Assembly (NCBI GenBank): GCA_050177605.1
Contig: JBFXGX010000009.1
Coordinates: 24,919 to 64,298 of the forward strand
Source of the DNA: Candidatus Izemoplasmatales bacterium
Lineage (GTDB): Bacteria; Bacillota_I; Bacilli_A; Izemoplasmatales; Hujiaoplasmataceae
Reading direction: 5' to 3'
Length of the DNA stretch: 39,380 nucleotides
The notes beneath the pieces are model-generated. The model was not told the origin of the DNA. It saw nothing but the letters and a program-made list of their open reading frames with translations, and did not search any database. The translations under genes were made by a program, and so were the position numbers. This document shows, piece by piece, positions 18,652 through 30,417 of this stretch (the stretch's first letter is position 1; the number at the start of each line of letters is the position of its first letter).

Positions 18652-19608
18652 ATGTCCACAATTAAAGATGTAGCGAAAGCTGCAGGCTGTTCGATATCGA
18701 CTGCCTCTTATGCGCTCAATAACGATAAGAGAATCCCAGAAATTACCGCAAACAGGATCAAAAAAATAGCCGATGAAATCGGATATTTCCCATCCGCTGC
18801 GGCACGAAATTTAAAGAAAAGAAATACGGATCGTGTTCTTGTGGCTATTTCTGACTTTGGAGGACCAGTCTACCATGAACTGCTGGATGGAATTCATTAT
18901 GAACTTGCGTTTCATGGATATACGATGATTGTTTCTACGGGGGTATCCTCAAACAACCTTTTAAAAGAAAGAAGTGCGGATGGTGCAGTGATATCCGATA
19001 TCTTTATTACGGACGAATCCTTAATTCAACTAGCCAAGAATTTTCGCCCGATTATTGTTCTAGATCGACGCTTAAAAGACACGAATATTTTCAATATGAC
19101 AATTGATAATCACGTGGCTATGTATCATTTAACTAAAGATATCTTATCCAAAGGATATCAGAAAATTGCCTTTGTTCATGGGGTCAAAGATACTTATGAT
19201 AATCAAACCAGATTTAATGGATTTTTAGAGGCGATGAACGAAGCTCACCTCGGCGTATATAAAGAGTATGTTGGTAGTTTTACAAAGGCATCTGGCATCG
19301 ACATTGGGCATCAAATTTTGAGCGAAACAGATACGCCGACTATGCTTGTTTGTGCGAATGATGAAATGGCCCTTGGAATCATGGAAGTTTTACAGAAAAA
19401 TGGGAAGAGAATTCCTGAGGATATCGGCATTTCCGGGTTTGATGACATCGAGTTATCAAGCTATGTATTACCACGTCTTTCCTCGATTAAAATTAACCAT
19501 TTTGAATGGGGTAAAAGAGTCGCATCTACCTTGTTAAATATACTGAAAGAAGAAGACATTACTACAGAAAAAGAACAAGGCAGATTAATGATTAGAGAAT
19601 CGTATTAA
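18652..19608 (+). CDS. LacI-family transcriptional regulator
   Basis: MSTIKDVAKAAGCSISTASYALN HTH, AARNL hinge, CANDEMALG and IPEDIGISGFDD motifs. Start ATG 18652, after AAGGAG. Confidence 0.95.
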   Translation: MSTIKDVAKAAGCSISTASYALNNDKRIPEITANRIKKIADEIGYFPSAAARNLKKRNTDRVLVAISDFGGPVYHELLDGIHYELAFHGYTMIVSTGVSSNNLLKERSADGAVISDIFITDESLIQLAKNFRPIIVLDRRLKDTNIFNMTIDNHVAMYHLTKDILSKGYQKIAFVHGVKDTYDNQTRFNGFLEAMNEAHLGVYKEYVGSFTKASGIDIGHQILSETDTPTMLVCANDEMALGIMEVLQKNGKRIPEDIGISGFDDIELSSYVLPRLSSIKINHFEWGKRVASTLLNILKEEDITTEKEQGRLMIRESY

Positions 19609-19640
19609 TAACCAGTGTTCCAAGCCTGGTTATTTTTTTT
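19607..19640 (+). terminator. Rho-independent terminator after lacI-family gene
   Basis: AATAACCAG...CTGGTTATT stem followed by a T-run. Confidence 0.85.
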
Positions 19641-19660
19641 CTCTTCACGCGTGAAAACGC

Positions 19661-19689
19661 TTGCGACAAAATAATGGTTGTGATATAAT
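19661..19689 (+). promoter_or_regulatory. SigA promoter (extended -10) of GH94-ABC operon
   Basis: TTGCGA (19661-19666)-N17-TATAAT (19684-19689), with TG-n immediately before the -10. A cre/LacI-like site TGAAAACGCTTGCG (19652-19665) overlaps the -35. Confidence 0.75.
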
Positions 19690-19704
19690 AAAACTGTAAT
19701 ATTT

Positions 19705-19720
19705 ATTGAAACGTTTCGAT
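19705..19720. promoter_or_regulatory. LacI-family operator 2
   Basis: ATTGAAACGTTTCGAT, 15/16 identical to operator 1, directly before the RBS AGGAGG. Confidence 0.88.
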
Positions 19721-19734
19721 AGGAGGCATCAATC

Positions 19735-22119
19735 GTGTATAAAAATAAATATGGATACTTTTCCGAAGATGGAAAAGAATATATTATTACGAATCCTAGA
19801 ACACCAAAGCCATGGATTAACGTTGTTTCGAACGGGGATTACGCCTTTATGGTTTCTCAAACCGGTGGAGGTTGTTCTTGGAGAGGAAATTCTGGTCAAA
19901 ATCGATTAACCAGACTTTATCAAGATATCATTAAGGATAACTACGGAAAATATTTTTACCTTCGTGACCTTGATACTTTGGACTTTTGGTCACTAACTTA
20001 CCAACCAGTTCAAAAACCTTATGAGGAATTTGAAGTTCGACACGGGGTTGGGTATTCAAATTTTACTTATCAAGTCAATCAAGTTCATTCCTTAATGAGA
20101 ATGTATGTTGTGCCTAATCAACCACTTGAAATAATTGAGATCACACTAACAAATAAAGGATCTAAACCTAAAAGGCTGGATTTGACATCTTATTTTGAAT
20201 GGGAAGCTGGAATTCATCCAGATGAACATCGTGAATTTCATAAGCTCTTCACCGAAACGTTTTATGACGAAAAATTAAAAGCGATTAAAGTGAGAAAGTA
20301 TAACTGGGGATTTGGCGATAAAGAAGGACTTCAAAATAACTGTGATTGGGATTTTGAAGGATTCCATGCTTGTTCTGAACCAGTGAAATCATTTAACACA
20401 GATAAAGAAGTATTCCTTGGTATGTATAATAATGAAAAAGATCCAGACGCGATGAAAATGGATCAACTTCCTAATAACATCGGTCGTTTTGGAGACCCAA
20501 CTGCCTCCTTGCAAACCGAAGTCTTGTTACAACCAGGAGAACAAAAAACAGTTGTCTTTACAATTGGTGTTACAACCTTAGGTAAAAAAGAAATATGGGG
20601 AATCGATCAAGAATATGAAGATCCAAACCCAATTATTGAAACTTATACTAACGCTTTGAAAGCAAAAGAAGTATTTGAAGAAGTAAAACTTTTCTGGAAC
20701 GACTTATTAAAAGGTGACGAAGTTAAAACACCAGATCCAGCTTTTGATATTATGACGAATACATTCTCGAAATATCAAGCGATAAGCTGCCGTATTTGGG
20801 GTAAAACAGCTTATTACCAAACTAGTGCTGGTTATGGATTCCGCGATCAACTTCAAGATTCACTTGTCTTTTTGGAAGCAAAGCCAGAATTAACTAAAAA
20901 ACAATTATTACTTCATGCATCTCGTCAATTCAAAGAAGGTGACGTTTACCACTGGTTCGTGACATTCCAAGGATGGGGAGCGAGAGGAAACTGTAGTGAT
21001 GATTTACTCTGGATGCCTTTTGTTCTTTATTATTACATCGAAGAAACCTTAGATTATTCGTTGTTAAATGAATTTGTTCCTTATGTCGATGGAGACAGTG
21101 TATCGATGTATGAACATTCAAAAAAAGCAATTGAAAAATCACTGACAAGATTTTCTAGTAGAGGTGTTCCATTAATGGGTAGTCATGACTGGAATGATGG
21201 ACTGAGTGCTGTTGGACACAAAATGAAAGGTGAATCCTTCTGGATGTCTTCTTTCCTCTATATGGTATTAAAACAATTTAGTGAATTAGCAACCTACCAA
21301 GGTGACCTTGCGTTCGTTGAAGTGATGAAACCTTACATTACCCAAATCAAAGATACTTTCAATGAATTTGGATGGGATGGCGCTTGGTACATGCAAGCAA
21401 CCACCGATGCTGGATTAAAAGTAGGTAGCGCTGAAAACGAAGAAGGACAAATCTTCTTAATGCCAAACTCATGGGCAATTATCTCTGAAATCATTCCGAG
21501 TGATCGAATTCCTACAGTGATTGAATCCATTCGAAAATTCTTATTAAGAGATTTTGGTACACTACTGAACTATCCTGCATTTACCAAACCTAGAACCGAC
21601 ATCGGATATGTCACAAGGTACGCGCCTGGTTTAAGAGAGAATGGTGGAGTCTACACTCACGCCGCAACTTGGGCTGTCAGTGCTTTTGCGAAAGCAGGGT
21701 ATCCTGAACTCGCTTATAAGGCCTATCAAGGAATTTGTCCACCAAACAGAAGTGCTGATCCAGATAAATATTTAGCGGAACCTTATGTGACTTGTGGAAA
21801 TAGTGATGGACCTATTTCACCAATGTATGGAAGAGGTGGATGGAGCTGGTACACTGGATCCGCACAGTGGCTACATAGAGTCGCTGTACAAGATATCATT
21901 GGGGTAAAAGCCTCGATGAAAGGACTTGTTGTAACACCAAGTTTCCCTGAAAGTTGGAACAACGCAACTTATAAACGTCTTTTCAGAAACGCAACTTACA
22001 ACTTTGTGTTCCAAAAAGGATTAGAAAAAGGAATCGTTGTCGATGGTAAAAAAATCACCGGCAATATCATTCCTGATTTCCAAGATGAACAAAACCATAC
22101 GATTTTGGTTACATTATAA
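19735..22119 (+). CDS. GH94 glycoside phosphorylase (NdvB/Cgs phosphorylase-domain-like)
   Basis: TPKPWINV, AGYGFRDQLQD, SDDLLW, HDWNDGL (catalytic Asp region), PGLRENGGVYTHAATW and GRGGWSWYTGSAQW motifs. GTG start. Confidence 0.9.
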   Translation: MYKNKYGYFSEDGKEYIITNPRTPKPWINVVSNGDYAFMVSQTGGGCSWRGNSGQNRLTRLYQDIIKDNYGKYFYLRDLDTLDFWSLTYQPVQKPYEEFEVRHGVGYSNFTYQVNQVHSLMRMYVVPNQPLEIIEITLTNKGSKPKRLDLTSYFEWEAGIHPDEHREFHKLFTETFYDEKLKAIKVRKYNWGFGDKEGLQNNCDWDFEGFHACSEPVKSFNTDKEVFLGMYNNEKDPDAMKMDQLPNNIGRFGDPTASLQTEVLLQPGEQKTVVFTIGVTTLGKKEIWGIDQEYEDPNPIIETYTNALKAKEVFEEVKLFWNDLLKGDEVKTPDPAFDIMTNTFSKYQAISCRIWGKTAYYQTSAGYGFRDQLQDSLVFLEAKPELTKKQLLLHASRQFKEGDVYHWFVTFQGWGARGNCSDDLLWMPFVLYYYIEETLDYSLLNEFVPYVDGDSVSMYEHSKKAIEKSLTRFSSRGVPLMGSHDWNDGLSAVGHKMKGESFWMSSFLYMVLKQFSELATYQGDLAFVEVMKPYITQIKDTFNEFGWDGAWYMQATTDAGLKVGSAENEEGQIFLMPNSWAIISEIIPSDRIPTVIESIRKFLLRDFGTLLNYPAFTKPRTDIGYVTRYAPGLRENGGVYTHAATWAVSAFAKAGYPELAYKAYQGICPPNRSADPDKYLAEPYVTCGNSDGPISPMYGRGGWSWYTGSAQWLHRVAVQDIIGVKASMKGLVVTPSFPESWNNATYKRLFRNATYNFVFQKGLEKGIVVDGKKITGNIIPDFQDEQNHTILVTL

Positions 22120-22134
22120 AAAAGGAGAATAAAA

Positions 22135-23601
22135 ATGAGAAAGATAATTAGTTTTCTACTTTTAGGATTACTTGCAGTAGCATTAGTAGCATGTGGAGAA
22201 ACAACGGACGCTACCACGACTACATCATCTTCAGATTCTTCAGATACCACAGCTTCTGTGAATCATGACCCAGTCACGATTACTTACGCTGCTTGGAATT
22301 TAGGAACTGTCGATTCAGTCAACTTAGAAAGATTGATGATTGAAGCATTCATGGTAGAGTATCCATGGATTACTGTTGAAATCGTCGAAAGACCAAAAGT
22401 TCCAGATTCTACAGGAACTTCAGAAATTGACCAAAACTGGAATGAATTCTTAGGCGCAAGAGCAGCGCAAGGAACATTACCAGATGTTTATTTCACTGAT
22501 TCTACTGAAACAACAATTATGAATAACTGGGCAAAAGATGTAACTGACATTGCTCACGCTGACCCTGAATTCATGGCTGTATCTGAAGATATCAGAGAAG
22601 CCGCAAACTATGGTGGGCATTTAATGGCTTTACCTTATGCGGTCTATTATTTCGGTTATTACATTAACAAAACGATTTTTGAAAATGCGAACGCTGATTA
22701 TCCTACTTTTGAAGATTCTTTCAATGAATTCTTATCAAAAGTTGGCGATGTTGCAAATCAAACCGTGACGAATGGTACAGGTACTGCAGGTATCGTTGGA
22801 ATTGACAGAATGTTAGAATGGTATCCAGCGCAATTAAATCAAGATTTAGGTTGGTATACTTATGATGGATCTATCCTTCATTTAGATGGCGCAGAATTTG
22901 AAACGACACTTAATTTATATCAATCCTTAATGCAAGACAAAACATTAATCTATGATGCATTAACACCAGAAGAACAATTGGCAGCGTTCGGTACAACCAA
23001 TGCTTGGGCTTCTAGTCAGTTAGCTGCATACTGGGAATATACCCCAATTATTGGATCAATGTTAAACTATGATTTTGAAGTTGACTTCATTGGTACACCA
23101 GGTACCGCCGCAGCTCATCAAATCCCAGTCGTTCTTGATTTAATGTGTATCTCCAGTCAAACGCAACATGTTAATGAAGCTTATTTACTTGCTAAATGGA
23201 TGAGTTTTGGTAAAGATGGATATTTAAAACGTATTGCAATCTCTACGGATGCAGATTATATCGCAGCGGGTGGAAATGCTTTGAATATGACACCACTTCA
23301 ACCAGATACTGACTTGCTAGATGCTTTCTTTGGTATCTACACAAGTTTCACTGAATTAAGAAAAGTTGTTTCCTATAATGACTATATTATTGAACCAAAT
23401 AAATATGTTCCAGGATATATCAAAGCACGTTGGAACGCTGATTATGATGCACAGACGACAGTTGGTCAATTGTTTGATCAAGTTCGTGGTGGAAAAGTCA
23501 ATTATTCCGATGTGAAAACACAGTGGAATGATATTGCGAACAACGCATTAACTGTCGCAAGAACATCTGTCTTAACAAAATTAGGAGTTACGACAGAGTA
23601 A
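22135..23601 (+). CDS. Sugar ABC transporter substrate-binding lipoprotein
   Basis: Lipobox LVAC and Thr/Ser linker, then VTITYAAW, LPDVYF and ALPY...YINKTIF typical of family-1 SBPs. Confidence 0.88.
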   Translation: MRKIISFLLLGLLAVALVACGETTDATTTTSSSDSSDTTASVNHDPVTITYAAWNLGTVDSVNLERLMIEAFMVEYPWITVEIVERPKVPDSTGTSEIDQNWNEFLGARAAQGTLPDVYFTDSTETTIMNNWAKDVTDIAHADPEFMAVSEDIREAANYGGHLMALPYAVYYFGYYINKTIFENANADYPTFEDSFNEFLSKVGDVANQTVTNGTGTAGIVGIDRMLEWYPAQLNQDLGWYTYDGSILHLDGAEFETTLNLYQSLMQDKTLIYDALTPEEQLAAFGTTNAWASSQLAAYWEYTPIIGSMLNYDFEVDFIGTPGTAAAHQIPVVLDLMCISSQTQHVNEAYLLAKWMSFGKDGYLKRIAISTDADYIAAGGNALNMTPLQPDTDLLDAFFGIYTSFTELRKVVSYNDYIIEPNKYVPGYIKARWNADYDAQTTVGQLFDQVRGGKVNYSDVKTQWNDIANNALTVARTSVLTKLGVTTE

Positions 23602-23651
23602 ACGATTTATTTTTTAACGTAATCAATTCGAATTAGAAAGGATAAACGCCG

Positions 23652-26591
23652 ATGAGTAAGAGAATATTAATCGTATTAATGCTTTCTTTAATCCTCTTCG
23701 TGTCGCTTTCACAACACGTAGTATTTGCCGATACTACTGTTAAAGACACGGATACAAGTTTGGTGATGAATGGTGATTACCATCAAACATTACAAGCATG
23801 GAATGAAGAAAATTTTGCGGATAATTCCAGTTTTACGAGTGTCGTACGCCCATCGGCGTTTTCTACTTCGTATGTCACGGACCAAACAATCTGTGAAAAC
23901 TACACGGATGCATGTTATGTTTGGGATAATGCGGAGGATATTACCTTCCGTATTGTTGTGCCTACAGATGGCTTATATCAATTTGCCGTCGATTTTTATT
24001 CGATGAGTGAAGACTATTTCGACCTTGAATTACAAGTATTGATTAATGGAAGTATGCAGTATCAAGAAGCTTCGCAAATTATCCTATACAAACATTGGAA
24101 GACAGATGAGTCCTTTACGGTAGATCGTTATGGTAACGATTATTACGGTACACAGACACAAGATTTTCGTTGGATTCATCAAGACTTTTATGATCCAATG
24201 GGATTATTTGCGAGTCCTCTTGTTTTTTACCTAAAATCAGGAATGAATGAAGTTGTATTCCAAAAAACCAGCGGTGATTTCATTCTTGGAGACATCACTG
24301 TATCTGGCAGAGTCAATCTTCCTTCCTATCAAGAATATAGTGATGGCGCTGTACTTGCGAGTGGGAACACGACGCTCACTGTGGAAGCAGAGACACCAAG
24401 TTCAAAAAATGCACCAAGCATACAAGCGGGGGTTTCTAGAAGTCCACTGGTAACACCATTTTCTGTGAAGTATTTAAAATTAAATATGTTATCTGGTTCT
24501 ACACAAAACAGTGAGAGAGAAGAAGTATCTTATCAAGTAGAAGTCAGCACGGCAGGATACTATTACCTCACGTTAAAAGTAATGCAATCTTCGGTAACGA
24601 ATGGAAATGTTTATCGACAGATTAAGATTAATGGTGAAGTTCCTTTCGAAGAAGCTTTATCGGTTGCTTTTCCTTACGATAATTTATGGCAAAATGTTAC
24701 CCTAGGAGGGGACACGCCTTATTTATTCTATTTTAATGAAGGGATGAATACTGTTTCTATTAGTGTTGACTTAAGTCCTTTTGAACAAAGCTATTATGTA
24801 TTGAATCAAGTGATTGATTATGTTAATGAATTATCGTTACAAATTAAAAAATTAACTGGAAATCAAGTTGATGAATTTCGTGATTGGAGTATCACGGATT
24901 ATATTCCTGATATTGATACCCTCTTGCTTGAAAAAGCTTCAATGCTTCAAGAAGTTTATGATGAACTTGGGAAGATGACTTCTTCATCAAAACTTACTGA
25001 AGTTCAATCTTCCATAAAAATTGCCATTCGAAATTTAAATTATTTGGCAGAGAGTCCAAATGATATACCTAAAAATATGACTTTGCTCGCATCTTCGAGT
25101 AGTAGTGTTGCTTCTACCCTTGGAAACGCAACGTCAATGATGCTCGATAGTCCTTTAGATATTGATAAGTTTTATATTCATACAGACACTAACATTGAAA
25201 AGGCAAATGCTAATTTCTTTGTTAGAATGTGGGTGAATATTCAACGTTTCTTCTTATCTTTCTTTGATCAAAGATATAATGTCAGCGCATCGGATGATGA
25301 ACTTGAGGTCTGGGTAAATCGTAGTAAAGAATATACAGATTTAATCCAAAAAATGGCTGATGATAGTTTTACAACCGAAACTGGAATTAAAGTTAAAGTA
25401 TCAGTGATGGCCGCTGAAGGAAAACTTGTTCTCGCGAATAGTGCTGGAACCAATCCAGATGTTGCGCTCGGTGTTTCGTCTTGGTTACCTTATGATTTAG
25501 GTATTCGTGGCGCAATCCAGGATTTATCAGTATTTTCTACTGATCCTGATTTCGCGACGGTTCTAAACTACTATCAAACAGAGTCGCTGATTCCGTTTGT
25601 TTATGACCAAGGACTTTATGGGTTACCAGATACTGAAAACTTCTATATATTATTCTATCGTAGCGATATCTTTGACGCGCTTAATATCAGTGTCCCTAGT
25701 ACTTGGGATGACGTGACAGAGATGTTGCCAGTGCTAAAAAGATATGGAATGAATTTCTATATTCCGCTCTCTAGTGCAACGAGTTTAAAATCGTTTGATT
25801 CTACGTTACCGTTCTTATTCCAATATGGGTCTTCTATCTACAATGAAAATGCGTTTACTGTCACACTGGATGATCCAGCATCGGTGAGTGCACTCCAAAT
25901 GATGACCAATCTCTATACTATTTATTCGATGGACAGTACCGTCACAAGTTTCTTCAACGAGTTCCGTTTAGGACTATCACCGATTGGGGTAGGCGACTTT
26001 GGTATGTATATTACGCTGTTAAATGCCGCTCCTGATATTCAAGGTCTATGGAAAATTGCATTGCTTCCTGGCGTCCTGCAGACAGACGGATCCGTCGATC
26101 GCAGTGCACCTGGAGCGCAAACAGCGAATATGATTTTTAAGAATACCGATAAACTTGATGAGTCTTGGGCATTCTTAAAATGGTGGTCAAGTACAGTTAC
26201 ACAAACTGAGTTTTCAAGAATGTTACTATCAACACTCGGCACTGAATATTTATGGAATAGTGCGAATACGGCCGCATTTGAAACATTAAATATGGACAAA
26301 GAAGATTTAAATGTCATTTTAGAACAATGGTCGTATTTAAAAGAATTACCAAAGGTCCCTGGTTCTTATCAAGTGGAACTGGAAATCTCAAATCTATGGA
26401 ATAGTGTCGTGTTAGATAGAGAAAACCTCAGGGTTTTACTTGGTGATGGCATTATTAAGATGAATAAAGAAATAGCGAAAAAGATGGCAGAGTTTGGTTA
26501 TATGGATAAGAATGGAAACATTCTCAAACCTTACACACTCGCCCAAGCCTCATTGATCGAATCGTGGAAACGAGGTGATCAAAGTGAGTAG
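23652..26591 (+). CDS. Large extracellular solute-binding protein with N-terminal CBM-like beta-sandwich domains
   Basis: Signal peptide; two similar beta-rich segments (VPTDGLYQF...YLKSGMNEV and VSTAGYYYL...[11 protein letters not shown]); helical linker; C-terminal SBP ([20 protein letters not shown]...LFYRSDIF). Confidence 0.85.
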   Translation: MSKRILIVLMLSLILFVSLSQHVVFADTTVKDTDTSLVMNGDYHQTLQAWNEENFADNSSFTSVVRPSAFSTSYVTDQTICENYTDACYVWDNAEDITFRIVVPTDGLYQFAVDFYSMSEDYFDLELQVLINGSMQYQEASQIILYKHWKTDESFTVDRYGNDYYGTQTQDFRWIHQDFYDPMGLFASPLVFYLKSGMNEVVFQKTSGDFILGDITVSGRVNLPSYQEYSDGAVLASGNTTLTVEAETPSSKNAPSIQAGVSRSPLVTPFSVKYLKLNMLSGSTQNSEREEVSYQVEVSTAGYYYLTLKVMQSSVTNGNVYRQIKINGEVPFEEALSVAFPYDNLWQNVTLGGDTPYLFYFNEGMNTVSISVDLSPFEQSYYVLNQVIDYVNELSLQIKKLTGNQVDEFRDWSITDYIPDIDTLLLEKASMLQEVYDELGKMTSSSKLTEVQSSIKIAIRNLNYLAESPNDIPKNMTLLASSSSSVASTLGNATSMMLDSPLDIDKFYIHTDTNIEKANANFFVRMWVNIQRFFLSFFDQRYNVSASDDELEVWVNRSKEYTDLIQKMADDSFTTETGIKVKVSVMAAEGKLVLANSAGTNPDVALGVSSWLPYDLGIRGAIQDLSVFSTDPDFATVLNYYQTESLIPFVYDQGLYGLPDTENFYILFYRSDIFDALNISVPSTWDDVTEMLPVLKRYGMNFYIPLSSATSLKSFDSTLPFLFQYGSSIYNENAFTVTLDDPASVSALQMMTNLYTIYSMDSTVTSFFNEFRLGLSPIGVGDFGMYITLLNAAPDIQGLWKIALLPGVLQTDGSVDRSAPGAQTANMIFKNTDKLDESWAFLKWWSSTVTQTEFSRMLLSTLGTEYLWNSANTAAFETLNMDKEDLNVILEQWSYLKELPKVPGSYQVELEISNLWNSVVLDRENLRVLLGDGIIKMNKEIAKKMAEFGYMDKNGNILKPYTLAQASLIESWKRGDQSE

Positions 26592-27513
26592 TCTTTTATT
26601 AAAAAAGAAAAACACCAGCAAAGCGTATTCTGAACAACAAAAAATAGCTTATCTATTTGTTTTTCCTTATGCATTAATGTTTACTGTCTTCATCATCATT
26701 CCAGTGATTATGGCGATTGTACTCTCTTTTACGTATTTTGATACAGTCAGACAACCTATTTTTATTGGATTTGATAATTATATTAATATTCTCACGAATG
26801 ATGATGTTTTTATGCAGTATGTTATTCCAAATACACTGAAATATGCGATTATCGTTGGACCAGGAGGATATATTTTATCTTTCTTGCTTGCATGGATGCT
26901 TGCTCAACTTGCCCCAAAACTAAGAACCGTTTTAGCACTCATCATCTATTCGCCATCCTTAACTGGTGGGGTAACGATGGCTGTTCTCTGGCGAGTTATT
27001 TTCGCAGGAGATAATTCAGGTTACTTAAACAGTGTCCTTTTAAGTATGGGACTCATTACAGAACCGATTGTATTTTTACAATCTCAACAATACTTATTAG
27101 CCATCATGATTATTGTTACACTTTGGTCTTCGATGGGCGTTGGATTCCTTGCGATGCTCGCAGGTATTTTAAACGTCAATCAAGAACTCTATGAAGCAGG
27201 ATATATCGATGGAATTAAAAACAAATTCCAGGAAATGATTTATATTACAATACCATCCATCAAACCGCAAATGTTATTTGGAGCGGTGATGGCGATTGTG
27301 GGAACCTTTAGTTCTGCGGGGATTGGTGTGGCGCTTTCTGGGTCTAACCCAACACCACAATACGCAGGGCAGTTAATTGTGAATCATATTGAGTACTACG
27401 GCTTTAATAAATATGAGATGGGATATGCCGCAGCTCTTTCTGTGATTTTACTGTTAATTGTGTATTATTTCTCGAAACTATCTTTTAGATTATTCGGAAG
27501 TAAAGACGAATGA
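26584..27513 (+). CDS. Carbohydrate ABC permease (MalF/UgpA-like)
   Basis: FIGFDNY, EAA loop [10 protein letters not shown]...ITIPSIKP, and MGYAAA. Start GTG 26584, after GAGGTG. Confidence 0.92.
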   Translation: MSSLLLKKKNTSKAYSEQQKIAYLFVFPYALMFTVFIIIPVIMAIVLSFTYFDTVRQPIFIGFDNYINILTNDDVFMQYVIPNTLKYAIIVGPGGYILSFLLAWMLAQLAPKLRTVLALIIYSPSLTGGVTMAVLWRVIFAGDNSGYLNSVLLSMGLITEPIVFLQSQQYLLAIMIIVTLWSSMGVGFLAMLAGILNVNQELYEAGYIDGIKNKFQEMIYITIPSIKPQMLFGAVMAIVGTFSSAGIGVALSGSNPTPQYAGQLIVNHIEYYGFNKYEMGYAAALSVILLLIVYYFSKLSFRLFGSKDE

Positions 27514-28391
27514 GAAAAAGACAAAAGTTCCAGGGAACGAAAATTAACCCATCCCGTTTCCATAAATCACAATTAAAATATGTTTTTGTTTTAGCACCAA
27601 TTGCTTTATTTATGTTATTACCGCTTGTTTATATCTTTAATCATGCATTCAAACCGTTAGAAGAATTATTCCTTTATCCACCAAAGTTCTTTGTCAGAAA
27701 CTTTACCTTCCAAAACTTTGTTAGATTATTCCAAGTCACGGGTTCCTCAGGAATTCCGATGAGTCGGTATTTGTTTAATTCTATTCTCGTTACGATTTTA
27801 GTACTAGTCGCAAGTGTGCTTGTTTCAACACTTGCAGGATACGCTTTATCTAAACTTGAATTTAAAGGTAAGAAGTTAATGAACGAAATCAATACTTTAG
27901 CCTTAATGTTTGTCGGTGTAGCCGTAACGATTCCTCGTTATTTAGTCATCGAAAAACTTGGACTCATTGATACGTTTATGATTCATGTTTTACCTTATCT
28001 TGCGATTCCGGTTGGATTATTTTTAATCAAACAATTTATTGATCAAATTCCAAATGAATTAATTGATGCGGCCCGTGTGGATGGGGCAAACGAATTTCAA
28101 ATATACCAGCACGTGATTATTCCATTAATTAAACCAGCGATTGCGACGATTGTTATATTATCGTTCCAAACTGTATGGAATAGTAGTGATACTTCCACAA
28201 CCTACATCAATAATGATTCACTCAAAACATTTGCGTTTTATATGAACACATTAACCGCGAACACCAATGGTGTAGCTGGTCAAGGGATGGCTGCAGCTGC
28301 ATCACTGATTATGTTCTTACCAAACCTTCTTATTTTCATCATTATGCAAAGTAAGGTTATGGATACCATGGCTCATTCAGGGATTAAATAA
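27510..28391 (+). CDS. Carbohydrate ABC permease (MalG/UgpE-like)
   Basis: YLFNS, AGYALSK and EAA loop [14 protein letters not shown]. Confidence 0.92.
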   Translation: MRKRQKFQGTKINPSRFHKSQLKYVFVLAPIALFMLLPLVYIFNHAFKPLEELFLYPPKFFVRNFTFQNFVRLFQVTGSSGIPMSRYLFNSILVTILVLVASVLVSTLAGYALSKLEFKGKKLMNEINTLALMFVGVAVTIPRYLVIEKLGLIDTFMIHVLPYLAIPVGLFLIKQFIDQIPNELIDAARVDGANEFQIYQHVIIPLIKPAIATIVILSFQTVWNSSDTSTTYINNDSLKTFAFYMNTLTANTNGVAGQGMAAAASLIMFLPNLLIFIIMQSKVMDTMAHSGIK

Positions 28392-28392
28392 G

Positions 28393-30417
28393 ATGAAGAA
28401 AAAAATCCTTGTAATCTTCTTATTTATCTTGTTAGCCATCCCATCTTTGACTGTTAATGCAAAAAGTGATAATTATGAAAATGAATATCCATATGATACC
28501 TTTACTGTGGATTATGAAGGTAATTTAACCTACACACAAACAGCGTATACACCTGTTGGTGTGTTAAATCGAAATGATGAACTATCTGCACCAGAAGATC
28601 TATACATTAAAGATAATTTTGTTTATGTCGCAGATACAGGAAATCATCGTGTTGTTGTATTTAATTACTCTGGTGAAATTGTAAGAATCATCGGAGAGGG
28701 TGAACTCGTTTCACCAACGGGTGTTTTTGTGTCAGACGAAAATTATTTATATGTCGCTGACAAAGGAAATCAGCTCGTTTTTAAATATAGTCTTGAAGGA
28801 GACTTTATTCGTACATTTAGTCGCCCAACCGAACCTTTATTTGGTTCAAGTTCTCCGTTTATTCCACTCAAGGTTGTGGTTGGACGCGGCGAAAATATCT
28901 ACATCATTGGTGATGGATCGACCTCTGGGGTCATCCAACTGAATTATGATGGATCCTTCCTTGGTTATTTCGGTGTCAATTTATCCTCCAAGTCGCTTGT
29001 CGAGAAAATTGCAGATTTGTTTGTGACACAAGGGTCGTACGCATCAAATACGCCACCTTCTCCAACCAATATTGCACTCAATGACCAGTCACTCGTTTAC
29101 ACATCGACACCGAACACCATCGAAGCACTCAAAAAACTTGATGTCAATGGAAACAATATTCTAACGACAGTGAATTATAATGAGCAACAAAATGTCGTCG
29201 ATTTATCTGTCAATCAAGATGGATATCTCTATGCAATCTATGATGATGGATTGATTGCTGAATACGACCCAAATGGCAATCTGCTCTTTGCATTTGATGT
29301 TGTCAGCAGTGTTTCAAATGTACTTGGTCTAATCCAAACGCCTAGTGCCATCGCGGTAGATGAATATCAAAATCTTTTTGTAATTGATATGGGTAGAAGT
29401 GAAATCATCACCTATCAACCTTCGAATTTTTCACTGCTTGTTCATCAAGCAATCGATTTATACAATGAAGGAAACTACACAGATTCGACCGCTTTATTTG
29501 AAGAGATCCTTTATCAAAACGATAACTTTGCGTTAGCGCATAGCGCTCTTGGTAAAGCTTATTATCAAGCAGGGGATTATTCGAGTGCTTTAGTCGAATA
29601 TCAAAAAGCAAGTGATATTTCAGGATATTCAGAAACCTATTGGAAAATTCGTGATTTATGGTTAAAAGATCATTTGACAACGATTTTCATCTTGATATTA
29701 ACGTTTAGTGTTCTTTCTTTTACCGTGAAACAACTGAACAAGAAAACAACAGTTTTTGCGGCATTTAATAAGCAAGTGTCCCAGTTTAAACAGCGACCAT
29801 TTGTTAAGAAAATTACGCTTCTTAGTTATATGATGAAGCATCCAATTGATGCATCTTATCAAATTAAACGGGAACATAGAACAGATAATTATACGAGTAC
29901 AGGTATTTTAGTATTTGTGTTTACCTTGTATCTTCTTTACTTGGGTTATGCTGGATTTATCTTCAATACTGGCGCTTCGTCTGTTCATTTTGGTCTTGAA
30001 GTCGCGAAGTTCTTTGGGGTGATTTTATTATTTGTCTTCTCCAATTATTTAGTATCAACATTGTTTGATGGTGAAGGATGGTTACGCGACATCTTTAGAA
30101 CAGTCACTTACGCACTTGCGCCAATCTTGATTTATTTACCATTTTATATTTTATTAACCAATGTACTCACATTGAATGAGACAATTTTACTACAAATTTT
30201 TGGATTCTTTATGATTTCATATACGTTGATTTTGATTTTCATCGGCGTGAAAGAAATTCATAATTACGAGATTATGGAAACGTTCAAAAACTTATTGTTA
30301 ACAATCTTCACGATGTTAATTATCTGTTTAATTGGCTTTATCATTTATGTATTTGGTTCACAATTACTTGATTTTATCATGTCATGGCTTAAGGAGGTGT
30401 TTTTCCGTGTCTTCTAA
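28393..30417 (+). CDS. NHL-repeat / TPR / Yip1-like membrane protein
   Basis: Signal peptide; NHL repeats (APEDLYI..VYVADTGNHRVVV; SPTGVFV..LYVADKGN; TPSAIAVD); TPR-like helices (FALAHSALGKAYYQAGDY); C-terminal multi-TM Yip1-like domain. Confidence 0.82.
   Translation: MKKKILVIFLFILLAIPSLTVNAKSDNYENEYPYDTFTVDYEGNLTYTQTAYTPVGVLNRNDELSAPEDLYIKDNFVYVADTGNHRVVVFNYSGEIVRIIGEGELVSPTGVFVSDENYLYVADKGNQLVFKYSLEGDFIRTFSRPTEPLFGSSSPFIPLKVVVGRGENIYIIGDGSTSGVIQLNYDGSFLGYFGVNLSSKSLVEKIADLFVTQGSYASNTPPSPTNIALNDQSLVYTSTPNTIEALKKLDVNGNNILTTVNYNEQQNVVDLSVNQDGYLYAIYDDGLIAEYDPNGNLLFAFDVVSSVSNVLGLIQTPSAIAVDEYQNLFVIDMGRSEIITYQPSNFSLLVHQAIDLYNEGNYTDSTALFEEILYQNDNFALAHSALGKAYYQAGDYSSALVEYQKASDISGYSETYWKIRDLWLKDHLTTIFILILTFSVLSFTVKQLNKKTTVFAAFNKQVSQFKQRPFVKKITLLSYMMKHPIDASYQIKREHRTDNYTSTGILVFVFTLYLLYLGYAGFIFNTGASSVHFGLEVAKFFGVILLFVFSNYLVSTLFDGEGWLRDIFRTVTYALAPILIYLPFYILLTNVLTLNETILLQIFGFFMISYTLILIFIGVKEIHNYEIMETFKNLLLTIFTMLIICLIGFIIYVFGSQLLDFIMSWLKEVFFRVF

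Noticed and set aside
19706..19909. 67-aa alternative-frame ORF overlapping the GH94 start, and other short nested ORFs in the track
   Set aside because: It begins inside the operator without an RBS and overlaps a well-supported gene. The nested ORFs show no recognisable motifs.
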